A DNA stretch of 64,000 bases, taken from NCBI GenBank assembly GCA_964016885.1, contig OZ024742.1, positions 168,826,001 through 168,890,000 on the forward strand. Reading direction: 5' to 3'. Made by a program: the position numbers and the translations under genes. Source of the DNA: Eledone cirrhosa (taxonomy: Eukaryota). The notes beneath the pieces were generated by a model. The model did no database searches. It worked only from the letters and a program-made list of their open reading frames with translations, and was not told the DNA's origin. Positions 26,201 through 41,200 of the stretch are shown one piece after another (position 1 is the first letter of the stretch; the number at the start of each line of letters is the position of its first letter).

Positions 26201-29200
26201 TGGATATTATCTACCCTTGGACGGGTGGAAATTATCTCCCCTTGGACGGCTGGAAATTATCTCCCCTTGGACGGCTAGATATTACCTCCCCTTGGACGGC
26301 TGGAAATTATCTCCCCTTGATTTTTTTTACAAATTATCTCCCCCTGATTTTTTTTTTACAAATTATCTCCCCCTGATTTTTTTACAAATTATCTCCCCCT
26401 GATTTTTTTTACAAATTATCTCCGCCTGATTTTTTTAAATATTATCTTCCCTTGGCTGGCGGGAAATTATCTCCCCTTGGACGGCTGAAAATTATCTCCC
26501 CTTGGACGGCTGGAAATTATCTCCCCTTGATTTTTTTTACAAATTATCTCCCCCTGATTATTTTTTACAAATTATCTTTCCCTGATTTTTTTTTACAAAT
26601 TATCTCCCCCTGATTTTTTTTACAAATTATCTCCCCCTGATTTTTTTACAAATTATCTCCCCTTGGCTGGCTGGAAATTATCTCCCCTTGGTGGCTGGAA
26701 TTTATCTCCCCTTGGACGGCTGGAAATTATCTCTCCTTGGACGGCTAGTAATTACCTCTCCTTGGACGGCTGGAAAATATGTCTCGTTGGAGGGCTGGAA
26801 ATTATCTCCCCTTGGACGGCTGGAAATTATCTCCCCTTGGACGGCTGGAAATTATCTCTCCTTGGACGGCTAGAAATTACCTCTCCTTGGACGGCTGAAA
26901 ATTATCTCTCCTTGGACGGCTGGAAATTATCTCCCCTTGGACGGCTAGATATTACCTCCCCTTGGACGGCTGGAAATTATCTCCCCTTGATTTTTTTTAC
27001 AAATTATCTCCCCCTGATTTTTTTTACAAATTATCTACACCTGATTTTTTTACAAATTATCTCCCCCTGATTTTTTTTACAAATTATCTCCGCCTAATTT
27101 TTTTAAATATTATCTTCCCTTGGCTGGCGGGAAATTATCTCCCCTTGGACGGCTGAAAATTATCTCCCCTTGGACGGCTGGAAATTATCTCCCCTTGATT
27201 TTTTTTACAAATTATCTCCCCCTGATTTTTTTTTACAAATTATCTCCCCCTGATTTTTTTTTACAAATTATCTCCCCCTGATTTTTTTTACAAATTATCT
27301 CCCCCTGATATTTTTTACAAATTATCTCCCCCTGATTTTTTTACAAATTATCTCCCCTTGGCTGGCTGGAAATTATCTCCCCTTGGAGGCTGGAATTTAT
27401 CTCCCCTTGGACGGCTAGAAATTACCTCGCCTTGGACGGCTGGAAAATATGTCTCCTTGGACGGCTGGAAATTATCTCCCCTTGGACGGCTGGAAATTAT
27501 CTCCCCTTGGACGGCTGGATATTATCTACCCTTGGACGGCTAGATATTACCTCCCCTTGGACGGCTGGAAATTATCTCCCCTTGATTTTTTTTACAAATT
27601 ATCTCCCCCTGATTTTTTTTTACAAATTATCTACCCCTGATTTTTTTTTACAAATTATCTCCCCCTGATTTTCTTTACAAATTATCTCCCCCTGATTTTT
27701 TTACAAATTATCTCCCCCCGATTTTTTTTACAAATTATCTCCGCCTAATTTTTTTAAATATTATCTTCCCTTGGCTGGCGGGAAATTATCTCCCCTTGGA
27801 CGGCTGAAAATTATCTCCCCTTGGACGGCTGGAAATTATCTCCCCTTGATTTTTTTTACAAATTATCTCCCCCTGATTTTTTTTTACAAATTATCTCCCC
27901 CTGATTTTTTTTTACAAATTATCTCCCCCTGATTTTTTTTTACAAATTATCTGCCCCTGATTTTTTTTACAAATTATCTCCCCCTGATTTTTTTACAAAT
28001 TATCTTCCCTTGGCTGGCTGGAAATTATCTCCCCTTGGAGGCTGGAATTTATCTCCCCTTGGACGGCTAGAAATTACCTCTCCTTGGACGGCTGGAAAAT
28101 ATTTCTCCTTGGACGGCTGGATATTATCTACCCTTGGACGGGTGGAAATTATCTCCCCTTGGACGGCTGGAAATTATCTCCCCTTGGACGGCTAGATATT
28201 ACCTCCCCTTGGACGGCTGGAAATTATCTCCCCTTGATTTTTTTTACAAATTATCTCCCCCTGATTTTTTTTTTACAAATTATCTCCCCCTGATTTTTTT
28301 ACAAATTATCTCCCCCTGATTTTTTTTACAAATTATCTCCGCCTGATTTTTTTAAATATTATCTTCCCTTGGCTGGCGGGAAATTATCTCCCCTTGGACG
28401 GCTGAAAATTATCTCCCCTTGGACGGCTGGAAATTATCTCCCCTTGATTTTTTTTACAAATTATCTCCCCCTGATTATTTTTTACAAATTATCTTTCCCT
28501 GATTTTTTTTTACAAATTATCTCCCCCTGATTTTTTTTACAAATTATCTCCCCCTGATTTTTTTACAAATTATCTCCCCTTGGCTGGCTGGAAATTATCT
28601 CCCCTTGGTGGCTGGAATTTATCTCCCCTTGGACGGCTGGAAATTATCTCTCCTTGGACGGCTAGTAATTACCTCTCCTTGGACGGCTGGAAAATATGTC
28701 TCGTTGGAGGGCTGGAAATTATCTCCCCTTGGACGGCTGGAAATTATCTCCCCTTGGACGGCTGGAAATTATCTCTCCTTGGACGGCTAGAAATTACCTC
28801 TCCTTGGACGGCTGAAAATTATCTCTCCTTGGACGGCTGGAAATTATCTCCCCTTGGACGGCTAGATATTACCTCCCCTTGGACGGCTGGAAATTATCTC
28901 CCCTTGATTTTTTTTACAAATTATCTCCCCCTGATTTTTTTTACAAATTATCTACACCTGATTTTTTTACAAATTATCTCCCCCTGATTTTTTTTACAAA
29001 TTATCTCCGCCTAATTTTTTTAAATATTATCTTCCCTTGGCTGGCGGGAAATTATCTCCCCTTGGACGGCTGAAAATTATCTCCCCTTGGACGGCTGGAA
29101 ATTATCTCCCCTTGATTTTTTTTACAAATTATCTCCCCCTGATTTTTTTTTACAAATTATCTCCCCCTGATTTTTTTTTACAAATTATCTCCCCCTGATT

Positions 29201-32200
29201 TTTTTTACAAATTATCTCCCCCTGATATTTTTTACAAATTATCTCCCCCTGATTTTTTTACAAATTATCTCCCCTTGGCTGGCTGGAAATTATCTCCCCT
29301 TGGAGGCTGGAATTTATCTCCCCTTGGACGGCTAGAAATTACCTCGCCTTGGACGGCTGGAAAATATGTCTCCTTGGACGGCTGGAAATTATCTCCCCTT
29401 GGACGGCTGGAAATTATCTCCCCTTGGACGGCTGGATATTATCTACCCTTGGACGGCTAGATATTACCTCCCCTTGGACGGCTGGAAATTATCTCCCCTT
29501 GATTTTTTTTACAAATTATCTCCCCCTGATTTTTTTTTACAAATTATCTACCCCTGATTTTTTTTTACAAATTATCTCCCCCTGATTTTCTTTACAAATT
29601 ATCTCCCCCTGATTTTTTTACAAATTATCTCCCCCCGATTTTTTTTACAAATTATCTCCGCCTAATTTTTTTAAATATTATCTTCCCTTGGCTGGCGGGA
29701 AATTATCTCCCCTTGGACGGCTGAAAATTATCTCCCCTTGGACGGCTGGAAATTATCTCCCCTTGATTTTTTTACAAATTATCTCCCCCTGATTATTTTT
29801 TACAAATTATCTCCCCCTGATTTTTTTTTACAAATTATCTCCCTCTGATTTTTTTTACAAATTATCTCCCCTTGGCTGGCTGGAAATTATCTCCCCTTGG
29901 AGGCTGGAATTTATCTCCCCTTGGACGGTTAGAAATTACCTCTCCTTGGACTGCTGGAAAATATGTCTCCTTGGACGGCTGGAAATTATCTCCCCTTGGA
30001 CGGCTGGAAATTATCTCCCCTTGGACGGCTGGAAATTATCTCTCCTCGGACGACTAGAAATTACCTCTCCTTGGACAGCTGAAAATTATCTCCCCTTGGA
30101 CGGCTGGAAATTATCTCCCCTTGATTTTTTTTACAAATTATCTCCCCCTGATTTTTTTTTACAAATTATCTCCCCCTGATTTTTTTTTACAAATTATCTC
30201 CCCCTGATTTTTTTTACAAATTATCTCCCCCTGATATTTTTTACAAATTATCTCCCCCTGATTTTTTTACAAATTATCTCCCCTTGGCTGGCTGGAAATT
30301 ATCTCCCCTTGGAGGCTGGAATTTATCTCCCCTTGGACGGCTAGAAATTACCTCGCCTTGGACGGCTGGAAAATATGTCTCCTTGGACGGCTGGAAATTA
30401 TCTCCCCTTGGACGGCTGGAAATTATCTCCCCTTGGACGGCTAGATATTACCTCCCCTTGGACGGCTGGAAATTATCTCCCCTTGATTTTTTTTACAAAT
30501 TATCTCCCCCTGATTTTTTTTTACAAATTATCTCCCCCTGATTTTTTTTTACAAATTATCTACCCCTGATTTTTTTTTACAAATTATCTCCCCCTGATTT
30601 TTTTTACAAATTATCTCTCCCTGATTTTTTTTTACAAATTATCTCCCCCTGATTTTTTTTTACAAATTATCTACCCCTGATTTTTTTTTACAAATTATCT
30701 CCCCCTGATTTTTTTTACAAATTATCTCCCCCTGATTTTTTTTACAAATTATCTCCCCCTGATTTTTTTACAAATTATCTCCCCCCGATTTTTTTTACAA
30801 ATTATCTCCGCCTAATTTTTTTAAATATTATCTTCCCTTGGCTGGCGGGAAATTATCTCCCCTTGGACGGCTGAAAATTATCTCCCCTTGGACGGCTGGA
30901 AATTATCTCCCCTTGATTTTTTTACAAATTATCTCCCCCTGATTATTTTTTACAAATTATCTCCCCCTGATTTTTTTTTACAAATTATCTCCCTCTGATT
31001 TTTTTTACAAATTATCTCCCCTTGGCTGGCTGGAAATTATCTCCCCTTGGAGGCTGGAATTTATCTCCCCTTGGACGGTTAGAAATTACCTCTCCTTGGA
31101 CTGCTGGAAAATATGTCTCCTTGGACGGCTGGAAATTATCTCCCCTGGGACGGCTGGAAATTATCTCCCCTTGGACGGCTGGAAATTATCTCTCCTCGGA
31201 CGACTAGAAATTACCTCTCCTTGGACAGCTGAAAATTATCTCCCCTTGGACGGCTGGAAATTATCTCCCCTTGATTTTTTTTACAAATTATCTCCCCCTG
31301 ATTTTTTTTTACAAATTATCTCCCCCTGATTTTATTTTACAAATTATCTCCCCCTGATTTTTTTTACAAATTATCTCCCCCTGATATTTTTTACAAATTA
31401 TCTCCCCCTGATTTTTTTACAAATTATCTCCCCTTGGCTGGCTGGAAATTATCTCCCCTTGGAGGCTGGAATTTATCTCCCCTTGGACGGCTAGAAATTA
31501 CCTCGCCTTGGACGGCTGGAAAATATGTCTCCTTGGACGGCTGGAAATTATCTCCCCTTGGACGGCTGGAAATTATCTCCCCTTGGACGGCTGGAAATTA
31601 TCTCCCCTTGGACGGCTAGATATTACCTCCCCTTGGACGGCTGGAAATTATCTCCCCTTGATTTTTTTTACAAATTATCTCCCCCTGATTTTTTTTTACA
31701 AATTATCTCCCTGATTTTTTTTTACGAATTATCTCCCCCTGATTTTTTTTTACAAATTATCTCCGCCTGATTTTTTTTTTAAAATTATCTCCCCTTGAAC
31801 GGCTGGAAATTATCTCCCCTTGGACGGCTGGAAATTATCTCCCCTTGGACGGCTAGAAATTACCTCTCCTTGGACGGCTGAAAATTATCTCCCCTTGGAC
31901 GGCTGCAAATTATCTCCCCTTGATTTTTTAACAAATTATCTCCCCCTGATTTTTTTTTACAAATTATCTCCCCCTGATTTTTTTTTACAAATTATCTACG
32001 CCTAAGTTTTTTTACAAATTATCTCCCCCTGATTTTTTTTTACAAATTATTTCCCCCTGATTTTTTTACAAATTATCTCCCCCCTGATTTTTTTTACAAT
32101 CTCCGCCTGATTTTTTAAAAAATTATCTTCCCTTGGCTGGCGAGAAATTATCTCCCCTTGGACGGCTGGAAATTATATCCCCTTGGACGGCTGGAAATTA

Positions 32201-35200
32201 CCTCCCCTTGGACAGCTGGAAATTATCTGCCCTTGATTTTGTTTTTACAAATTATCTCCCCCTGATTTTTTTTACAAATTATCTCCACCTGATTTTTTAA
32301 AAAATTATCTCCCCTTGGACGGCTGGAAATTATCTCCCCTTGATTTTTTTACAAATTATCTCCCCCTGATTTTTTTTACAAATTATCTACCCCTGATTTT
32401 TTTTTTACAAATTATCTCCCCCTGATTTTTTTACAAATTATCTCCCCCTGATTTTTTTTACAAATTATCTCCGCCTGATTTTTTTAAATATTATCTTCCC
32501 TTGGCTGGCGGGAAATTATCTCCCCTTGGACGGCTGAAAATTATCTCCCCTTGGACGGCTGGAAATTATCTCCCCTTGATTTTTTTTACAAATTATCTCC
32601 CCCTGATTTTTTTTTACAAATTATCTCCCCCTGATTTTTTTTTACAAATTATCTGCCCCTGATTTTTTTTACAAATTATCTCCCCCTGATTTTTTTACAA
32701 ATTATCTCCCCTTGGCTGGCTGGAAATTATCTCCCCTTGGAGGCTGGAATTTTATCTCCCCTTGGACGGCTAGAAATTACCTCTCCTTGGACGGCTGGAA
32801 AATATTTCTCCTTGGACGGCTGGATATTATCTACCCTTGGACGGGTGGAAATTATCTCCCCTTGGACGGCTGGAAATTATCTCCCCTTGGACGGCTAGAT
32901 ATTACCTCCCCTTGGACGGCTGGAAATTATCTCCCCTTGATTTTTTTTACAAATTATCTCCCCCTGATTTTTTTTTTACAAATTATCTCCCCCTGATTTT
33001 TTTACAAATTATCTCCCCCTGATTTTTTTTACAAATTATCTCCGCCTGATTTTTTTAAATATTATCTTCCCTTGGCTGGCGGGAAATTATCTCCCCTTGG
33101 ACGGCTGAAAATTATCTCCCCTTGGACGGCTGGAAATTATCTCCCCTTGATTTTTTTTACAAATTATCTCCCCCTGATTATTTTTTACAAATTATCTTTC
33201 CCTGATTTTTTTTTACAAATTATCTCCCCCTGATTTTTTTTACAAATTATCTCCCCCTGATTTTTTTACAAATTATCTCCCCTTGGCTGGCTGGAAATTA
33301 TCTCCCCTTGGTGGCTGGAATTTATCTCCCCTTGGACGGCTGGAAATTATCTCTCCTTGGACGGCTAGTAATTACCTCTCCTTGGACGGCTGGAAAATAT
33401 GTCTCGTTGGAGGGCTGGAAATTATCTCCCCTTGGACGGCTGGAAATTATCTCCCCTTGGACGGCTGGAAATTATCTCTCCTTGGACGGCTAGAAATTAC
33501 CTCTCCTTGGACGGCTGAAAATTATCTCTCCTTGGACGGCTGGAAATTATCTCCCCTTGGACGGCTAGATATTACCTCCCCTTGGACGGCTGGAAATTAT
33601 CTCCCCTTGATTTTTTTTACAAATTATCTCCCCCTGATTTTTTTTACAAATTATCTACACCTGATTTTTTTACAAATTATCTCCCCCTGATTTTTTTTAC
33701 AAATTATCTCCGCCTAATTTTTTTAAATATTATCTTCCCTTGGCTGGCGGGAAATTATCTCCCCTTGGACGGCTGGAAATTATCTCCCCTTGATTTTTTT
33801 TACAAATTATCTCCCCCTGATTTTTTTTTACAAATTATATCCCCCTGATTTTTTTTTACAAATTATCTCCCCCTGATTTTTTTTACAAATTATCTCACCT
33901 TGGCTGGCTGGAAATTATCTCCCCTTGGAGGCTGGAATTTATCTCCCCTTGGACGGCTGGAAATTATCTCCCCCTGATTTTTTTACAAATTATCTCCCCC
34001 TGATTTTTTTTACAAATTATCTCCGCCTGATTTTTTTAAATATTATCTTCCCTTGGCTGGCGGGAAATTATCTCCCCTTGGACGGCTGAAAATTATCTCC
34101 CCTTGGACGGCTGGAAATTATCTCCCCTTGATTTTTTTTACAAATTATCTCCCCCTGATTATTTTTTACAAATTATCTTTCCCTGATTTTTTTTTACAAA
34201 TTATCTCCCCCTGATTTTTTTTACAAATTATCTCCCCCTGATTTTTTTACAAATTATCTCCCCTTGGCTGGCTGGAAATTATCTCCCCTTGGTGGCTGGA
34301 ATTTATCTCCCCTTGGACGGCTGGAAATTATCTCTCCTTGGACGGCTAGTAATTACCTCTCCTTGGACGGCTGGAAAATATGTCTCGTTGGAGGGCTGGA
34401 AATTATCTCCCCTTGGACGGCTGGAAATTATCTCCCCTTGGACGGCTGGAAATTATCTCTCCTTGGACGGCTAGAAATTACCTCTCCTTGGACGGCTGAA
34501 AACTATCTCTCCTTGGACGGCTGGAAATTATCTCCCCTTGGACGGCTAGATATTACCTCCCCTTGGACGGCTGGAAATTATCTCCCCTTGATTTTTTTTA
34601 CAAATTATCTCCCCCTGATTTTTTTTTACAAATTATCTCCCCCTGATTTTTTTTTACAAATTATCTACGCCTAAGTTTTTTTACAAATTATCTCCCCCTG
34701 ATTTTTTTTTACAAATTATCTCCCCCTGATTTTTTTTACAAATTATCTCCCCCTGATTTTTTTTTACAAATTATTTCCCCCTGATTTTTTTACAAATTAT
34801 CTCCCCCCTGATTTTTTTTACAATCTCCGCCTGATTTTTTAAAAAATTATCTTCCCTTGGCTGGCGGGAAATTATCTCCCCTTGGACGGCTGGAAATTAT
34901 ATCCCCTTGGACGGCTGGAAATTACCTCCCCTTGGACAGCTGGAAATTATCTGCCCTTGATTTTGTTTTTACAAATTATCTCCCCCTGATTTTTTTTACA
35001 AATTATCTCCACCTGATTTTTTAAAAAATTATCTCCCCTTGGACGGCTGGAAATTATCTGCCCTTGATTTTTTTACAAATTATCTCCCCCTGATTTTTTT
35101 TACAAATTATCTCCCCCTGATTTTTTTTTTACAATTTATCTCCCCCTGATTTTTTTACAAATTATCTCCCCCTGATTTTTTTTACAAATTATCTCCGCCT

Positions 35201-38200
35201 GATTTTTTTAAATATTATCTTCCCTTGGCTGGCGGGAAATTATCTCCCCTTGGACGGCTGAAAATTATCTCCCCTTGGACGGCTGGAAATTATCTCCCCT
35301 TGATTTTTTTTACAAATTATCTCCCCCTGATTTTTTTTTACAAATTATCTCCCCCTGATTTTTTTTTACAAATTATCTCCCCCTGATTTTTTTTTACAAA
35401 TTATCTGCCCCTGATTTTTTTTACAAATTATCTCCCCCTGATTTTTTTACAAATTATCTTCCCTTGGCTGGCTGGAAATTATCTCCCCTTGGAGGCTGGA
35501 ATTTATCTCCCCTTGGACGGCTAGAAATTACCTCTCCTTGGACGGCTGGAAAATATTTCTCCTTGGACGGCTGGATATTATCTACCCTTGGGCGGGTGGA
35601 AATTATCTCCCCTTGGACGGCTGGAAATTATCTCCCCTTGGACGGCTAGATATTACCTCCCCTTGGACGGCTGGAAATTATCTCCCCTTGATTTTTTTTA
35701 CAAATTATCTCCCCCTGATTTTTTTTTTACAAATTATCTCCCCCTGATTTTTTTACAAATTATCTCCCCCTGATTTTTTTTACAAATTATCTCCGCCTGA
35801 TTTTTTTAAATATTATCTTCCCTTGGCTGGCGGGAAATTATCTCCCCTTGGACGGCTGAAAATTATCTCCCCTTGGACGGCTGGAAATTATCTCCCCTTG
35901 ATTTTTTTTACAAATTATCTCCCCCTGATTATTTTTTACAAATTATCTTTCCCTGATTTTTTTTTACAAATTATCTCCCCCTGATTTTTTTTACAAATTA
36001 TCTCCCCCTGATTTTTTTACAAATTATCTCCCCTTGGCTGGCTGGAAATTATCTCCCCTTGGTGGCTGGAATTTATCTCCCCTTGGACGGCTGGAAATTA
36101 TCTCTCCTTGGACGGCTAGTAATTACCTCTCCTTGGACGGCTGGAAAATATGTCTCGTTGGAGGGCTGGAAATTATCTCCCCTTGGACGGCTGGAAATTA
36201 TCTCCCCTTGGACGGCTGGAAATTATCTCTCCTTGGACGGCTAGAAATTACCTCTCCTTGGACGGCTGAAAATTATCTCTCCTTGGACGGCTGGAAATTA
36301 TCTCCCCTTGGACGGCTAGATATTACCTCCCCTTGGACGGCTGGAAATTATCTCCCCTTGATTTTTTTTACAAATTATCTCCCCCTGATTTTTTTTACAA
36401 ATTATCTACACCTGATTTTTTTACAAATTATCTCCCCCTGATTTTTTTTACAAATTATCTCCGCCTAATTTTTTTAAATATTATCTTCCCTTGGCTGGCG
36501 GGAAATTATCTCCCCTTGGACGGCTGAAAATTATCTCCCCTTGGACGGCTGGAAATTATCTCCCCTTGATTTTTTTTACAAATTATCTCCCCCTGATTTT
36601 TTTTTACAAATTATCTCCCCCTGATTTTTTTTTACAAATTATCTCCCCCTGATTTTTTTTTACAAATTATCTCCCCCTGATTTTTTTTACAAATTATCTC
36701 CCCCTGATATTTTTTACAAATTATCTCCCCCTGATTTTTTTACAAATTATCTCCCCTTGGCTGGCTGGAAATTATCTCCCCTTGGAGGCTGGAATTTATC
36801 TCCCCTTGGACGGCTAGAAATTACCTCGCCTTGGACGGCTGGAAAATATGTCTCCTTGGACGGCTGGAAATTATCTCCCGTTGGACGGCTGGAAATTATC
36901 TCCCCTTGGACGGCTGGATATTATCTACCCTTGGACGGCTAGATATTACCTCCCCTTTGACGGCTGGAAATTATCTCCCCTTGATTTTTTTTACAAATTA
37001 TCTCCCCCTGATTTTTTTTTACAAATTATCTCCCCCTGATTTTTTTTTACAAATTATCTACCCCTGATTTTTTTTTACAAATTATCTCCCCCTGATTTTT
37101 TTTACAAATTATCTCTCCCTGATTTTTTTTTACAAATTATCTCCCCCTGATTTTTTTTTACAAACTATCTACCCCTGATTTTTTTTTACAAATTATCTCC
37201 CCCTGATTTTTTTTACAAATTATCTCCCCCTGATTTTTTTACAAATTATCTCCCCCCGATTTTTTTTACAAATTATCTCCGCCTAATTTTTTTAAATATT
37301 ATCTTCCCTTGGCTGGCGGGAAATTATCTCCCCTTGGACGGCTGAAAATTATCTCCCCTTGGACGGCTGGAAATTATCTCCCCTTGATTTTTTTACAAAT
37401 TATCTCCCCCTGATTATTTTTTACAAATTATCTCCCCCTGATTTTTTTTTACAAATTATCTCCCTCTGATTTTTTTACAAATTATCTCCCCTTGGCTGGC
37501 TGGAAATTATCTCCCCTTGGAGGCTGGAATTTATCTCCCCTTGGACGGTTAGAAATTACCTCTCCTTGGACTGCTGGAAAATATGTCTCCTTGGACGGCT
37601 GGAAATTATATCCCCTTGGACGGCTGGAAATTATCTCCCCTTGGACGGCTGGAAATTATCTCTCCTCGGACGACTAGAAATTACCTCTCCTTGGACAGCT
37701 GAAAATTATCTCCCCTTGGACGGCTGGAAATTATCTCCCCTTGATTTTTTTTACAAATTATCTCCCCCTGATTTTTTTTTACAAATTATCTCCCCCTGAT
37801 TTTTTTTTACAAATTATCTCCCCCTGATTTTTTTTACAAATTATCTCCCCCTGATATTTTTTACAAATTATCTCCCCCTGATTTTTTTACAAATTATCTC
37901 CCCTTGGCTGGCTGGAAATTATCTCCCCTTGGAGGCTGGAATTTATCTCCCCTTGGACGGCTAGAAATTACCTCGCCTTGGACGGCTGGAAAATATGTCT
38001 CCTTGGACGGCTGGAAATTATCTCCCCTTGGACGGCTGGAAATTATCTCCCCTTGGACGGCTAGATATTACCTCCCCTTGGACGGCTGGAAATTATCTCC
38101 CCTTGATTTTTTTTACAAATTATCTCCCCCTGATTTTTTTTTACAAATTATCTCCCCCTGATTTTTTTTTACAAATTATCTACCCCTGATTTTTTTTACA

Positions 38201-41200
38201 AATTATCTCCCCCTGATTTTTTTTACAAATTATCTCTCCCTGATTTTTTTTTACAAATTATCTCCCCCTGATTTTTTTTTACAAATTATCTACCCCTGAT
38301 TTTTTTTTACAAATTATCTCCCCCTGATTTTTTTTACAAATTATCTCCCCCTGATTTTTTTTACAAATTATCTCCCCCTGATTTTTTTACAAATTATCTC
38401 CCCCCGATTTTTTTTACAAATTATCTCCGCCTAATTTTTTTAAATATTATCTTCCCTTGGCTGGCGGGAAATTATCTCCCCTTGGACGGCTGAAAATTAT
38501 CTCCCCTTGGACGGCTGGAAATTATCTCCCCTTGATTTTTTTACAAATTATCTCCCCCTGATTATTTTTTACAAATTATCTCCCCCTGATTTTTTTTTAC
38601 AAATTATCTCCCTCTGATTTTTTTTACAAATTATCTCCCCTTGGCTGGCTGGAAATTATCTCCCCTTGGAGGCTGGAATTTATCTCCCCTTGGACGGTTA
38701 GAAATTACCTCTCCTTGGACTGCTGGAAAATATGTCTCCTTGGACGGCTGGAAATTATCTCCCCTGGGACGGCTGGAAATTATCTCCCCTTGGACGGCTG
38801 GAAATTATCTCTCCTCGGACGACTAGAAATTACCTCTCCTTGGACAGCTGAAAATTATCTCCCCTTGGACGGCTGGAAATTATCTCCCCTTGATTTTTTT
38901 TACAAATTATCTCCCCCTGATTTTTTTTTACAAATTATCTCCCCCTGATTTTATTTTACAAATTATCTCCCCCTGATTTTTTTTACAAATTATCTCCCCC
39001 TGATATTTTTTACAAATTATCTCCCCCTGATTTTTTTACAAATTATCTCCCCTTGGCTGGCTGGAAATTATCTCCCCTTGGAGGCTGGAATTTATCTCCC
39101 CTTGGACGGCTAGAAATTACCTCGCCTTGGACGGCTGGAAAATATGTCTCCTTGGACGGCTGGAAATTATCTCCCCTTGGACGGCTGGAAATTATCTCCC
39201 CTTGGACGGCTGGAAATTATCTCCCCTTGGACGGCTAGATATTACCTCCCCTTGGACGGCTGGAAATTATCTCCCCTTGATTTTTTTTACAAATTATCTC
39301 CCCCTGATTTTTTTTTACAAATTATCTCCCTGATTTTTTTTTACGAATTATCTCCCCCTGATTTTTTTTTACAAATTATCTCCGCCTGATTTTTTTTTTA
39401 AAATTATCTCCCCTTGAACGGCTGGAAATTATCTCCCCTTGGACGGCTGGAAATTATCTCCCCTTGGACGGCTAGAAATTACCTCTCCTTGGACGGCTGA
39501 AAATTATCTCCCCTTGGACGGCTGCAAATTATCTCCCCTTGATTTTTTAACAAATTATCTCCCCCTGATTTTTTTTTACAAATTATCTCCCCCTGATTTT
39601 TTTTTACAAATTATCTACGCCTAAGTTTTTTTACAAATTATCTCCCCCTGATTTTTTTTTACAAATTATTTCCCCCTGATTTTTTTACAAATTATCTCCC
39701 CCCTGATTTTTTTTACAATCTCCGCCTGATTTTTTAAAAAATTATCTTCCCTTGGCTGGCGAGAAATTATCTCCCCTTGGACGGCTGGAAATTATATCCC
39801 CTTGGACGGCTGGAAATTACCTCCCCTTGGACAGCTGGAAATTATCTGCCCTTGATTTTGTTTTTACAAATTATCTCCCCCTGATTTTTTTTACAAATTA
39901 TCTCCACCTGATTTTTTAAAAAATTATCTCCCCTTGGACGGCTGGAAATTATCTCCCCTTGATTTTTTTACAAATTATCTCCCCCTGATTTTTTTTACAA
40001 ATTATCTACCCCTGATTTTTTTTTTACAAATTATCTCCCCCTGATTTTTTTACAAATTATCTCCCCCTGATTTTTTTTACAAATTATCTCCGCCTGATTT
40101 TTTTAAATATTATCTTCCCTTGGCTGGCGGGAAATTATCTCCCCTTGGACGGCTGAAAATTATCTCCCCTTGGACGGCTGGAAATTATCTCCCCTTGATT
40201 TTTTTTACAAATTATCTCCCCCTGATTTTTTTTTACAAATTATCTCCCCCTGATTTTTTTTTACAAATTATCTGCCCCTGATTTTTTTTACAAATTATCT
40301 CCCCCTGATTTTTTTACAAATTATCTCCCCTTGGCTGGCTGGAAATTATCTCCCCTTGGAGGCTGGAATTTTATCTCCCCTTGGACGGCTAGAAATTACC
40401 TCTCCTTGGACGGCTGGAAAATATTTCTCCTTGGACGGCTGGATATTATCTACCCTTGGACGGGTGGAAATTATCTCCCCTTGGACGGCTGGAAATTATC
40501 TCCCCTTGGACGGCTAGATATTACCTCCCCTTGGACGGCTGGAAATTATCTCCCCTTGATTTTTTTTACAAATTATCTCCCCCTGATTTTTTTTTTACAA
40601 ATTATCTCCCCCTGATTTTTTTACAAATTATCTCCCCCTGATTTTTTTTACAAATTATCTCCGCCTGATTTTTTTAAATATTATCTTCCCTTGGCTGGCG
40701 GGAAATTATCTCCCCTTGGACGGCTGAAAATTATCTCCCCTTGGACGGCTGGAAATTATCTCCCCTTGATTTTTTTTACAAATTATCTCCCCCTGATTAT
40801 TTTTTACAAATTATCTTTCCCTGATTTTTTTTTACAAATTATCTCCCCCTGATTTTTTTTACAAATTATCTCCCCCTGATTTTTTTACAAATTATCTCCC
40901 CTTGGCTGGCTGGAAATTATCTCCCCTTGGTGGCTGGAATTTATCTCCCCTTGGACGGCTGGAAATTATCTCTCCTTGGACGGCTAGTAATTACCTCTCC
41001 TTGGACGGCTGGAAAATATGTCTCGTTGGAGGGCTGGAAATTATCTCCCCTTGGACGGCTGGAAATTATCTCCCCTTGGACGGCTGGAAATTATCTCTCC
41101 TTGGACGGCTAGAAATTACCTCTCCTTGGACGGCTGAAAATTATCTCTCCTTGGACGGCTGGAAATTATCTCCCCTTGGACGGCTAGATATTACCTCCCC

